Both the position numbers and the translations under genes were made by a program. Source: Mobula birostris (lineage: Eukaryota). Taken from it: DNA of 64,000 nt. Below, piece after piece: positions 62,137 to 64,000 of the stretch (the first letter of the stretch is position 1; every line of letters begins with the position of its first letter). Below the pieces are notes generated by a model that searched no databases, was not told where the DNA came from, and was given only the letters and a program-made list of their open reading frames with translations. Location: contig NC_092384.1 of NCBI RefSeq assembly GCF_030028105.1, positions 3,267,665 through 3,331,664 of the forward strand, written 5' to 3'.

Positions 62137-64000
62137 AGACAATAGACAACAGGCAATAGGTGCAGGAGTAGGCCATTCGGCCTTTCGAGCCAGCACCACC
62201 ATTCACTGTGATCATGGCTGATCATCCACAATCAGTATCCAGTTCCTCCCTTATCCCCATAACCTTTGATTCCACTATCTTTAAGAGCTCTATCCATCTC
62301 TTTCTTGAAAGCATCCAGAGACTTGTCCTCCACAGCCTTCTGGGGCAGAGCATTCCATATATCCACCACTCTCTGGGTGAAAAAGTTTTTCCTCAACTCC
62401 GTTCTAAATGGCCTACCCCTTATTCTTAAACTGTGGCCGCTGGTTCTGGACTCACCCATCAGTGGGAACATAATTCCTGCCTCCAGCGTGTCCAATACAT
62501 TAATAATCTTATATGTTTCAATAAGATCCCTTCTCAGTCTTCTAAATTCCAGAGTATACAAGCCCAGTCGCTCCCATCTTTCCACATATGACAGTCCCGC
62601 CATCCCAGGAATTAACTTTGTGAACCTACGCTGCACTCCCTCAATAGCAAGAATGCCCTTCCTCCAATTTGGAGACCAAAACTGCACACAGTACTCCAGG
62701 TATGGTCTCACTAGGGCCCTGTAGAGCTGCAGAAGGATCTCTTTGCTCTTATACTCAATGCCCCTTGTTATGAAGGCCAACATGCCATTAGCTTTCTTCA
62801 CAGCCCGCTGTACTTGCATGCTTGTTTTCAGTGACTGATGTACAAGAACACCTAAATATGGTTGTGCTTCCCCTTTTCCTAACTTGACTCCATTTAGATA
62901 ATAATCTGCCTTCCTGCTCTTACCACCAAAGTGGATAACCTCACATTTATCCACATTAAACTGCATCTGCCATGCATCTGCCCACTTACCCAGCCTATCC
63001 AAGTCACCCTGCTTTCTTTAACATCCTCCTCACATTTCACACTGCCACCCAGCTTTGTGTTATCGGAAAAATTGCTAATGTTACTTTTAATTCCCTCATC
63101 TAAATCATTAATATATATTGTAAACAGCCGCGGTCCCAACACTGAACCCTGCGGTACCCCACTGGTCACCACCTGCCATTCTGAAAGGGACCCATTAATC
63201 GCTACTCTTTGTTTCCTGTCAGCCAGCCAATTTTCAATCCATGTCAGTACTCTGCCCCCAAAACCATGTGCCCAAATTTTGCCCACTAATCTTCTAAGTG
63301 GGAATTGATCAAAGGCTTTCTGAAAGGTCAGGTACACTACATCCACTGGCTCTCCCTTGCCCATTTTCATAGATACATCCAGAAAACATTCCAGAAGATT
63401 AGTCAAGCACGACTCCCCCTTCGTAAATCGATACTGACTCGGTAGGATCCTGTTACTGCTATCCAGATGTGTCGTAATTTCATCTTTTATAATTGACTCC
63501 AGCATCTTTCCCACCATCGACGTCAGGGTATCCGGTCTATAATTCCCTGTTTTCTCTCTTCTTCTCTTCTTGAAGAGCGGGACAACATTAGCCACTCTCC
63601 AATCCACAGGAACGGATCCTGTACCTATAGAACATTGGAAAATAATTACTAATGCGTCCACGATTTCTAAAGCCACCTCCTTATGTACCCTGGAATGCAG
63701 ACCATCAGGTCCCGGGGACTTATCAGCTTCAGATCAAACAGTCTATCCAACACCATTTCCTGCCTAATAAAAATTTCCGTCAGTTCATCCATTACCTTAG
63801 GTCCTTTGGCCACTATTATATCTGGGAGATTGTTTGTGTCTTCCCTAGTGAAGGCAGATCCAAAGTACTTGTCTCAACTCGTCTGCCATTTCCTTGATCC
63901 CCGTAATAAATTCACCCGTTTCTGACTTCAAGAACCCAATTTTGATCTTAATTATTTTTTTTTCCTTATCACATACCTAAAGAAGCTTTTAATATGCTCC
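62137..64000 (-). mobile_element. CR1 LINE (RT half; continues beyond the window)
   Basis: (tagacaa)n tail; ORFs 62232..63002 and 62894..63676 (VTSGVPQGSVLGP, FSDNTK). Confidence 0.95.

Overview
Vertebrate genomic DNA, most likely a cartilaginous fish and probably a ray. This is inferred from the repeat families (CR1 LINEs with (TAGAAACA)n/(TAGACAA)n tails, HE1-like SINE, Penelope-like 3' ends), not from a database search. Over half of the window is retroelement debris, which explains most listed ORFs. Reading splice sites on the minus strand reveals a tandemly duplicated cluster of non-rearranging, antigen-receptor-like IgSF genes. Gene A (~20.5-18.0 kb) has a leader, a single-exon germline-joined VJ-type V domain (ending GTGTGSTLVVL) and two C1-set exons. 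It appears to be a deletion fusion of two paralogues, with a dead half-V left in the intron; its 3' end is unresolved. Gene B (~56.8-40.6 kb) has C1, TM, a 38-nt cytoplasmic exon and a terminal ITIM+ITSM exon (VPYAAL ... TVYAQV) present in two tandem copies. Gene B has lost its promoter, leader and V exon through a 1,018-bp deletion relative to gene A. The two genes sit in duplicated units (~8.3-28.4 kb and ~32.1-62.1 kb) with reciprocal losses and datable insertions. All exon models are manual and lack transcript support.
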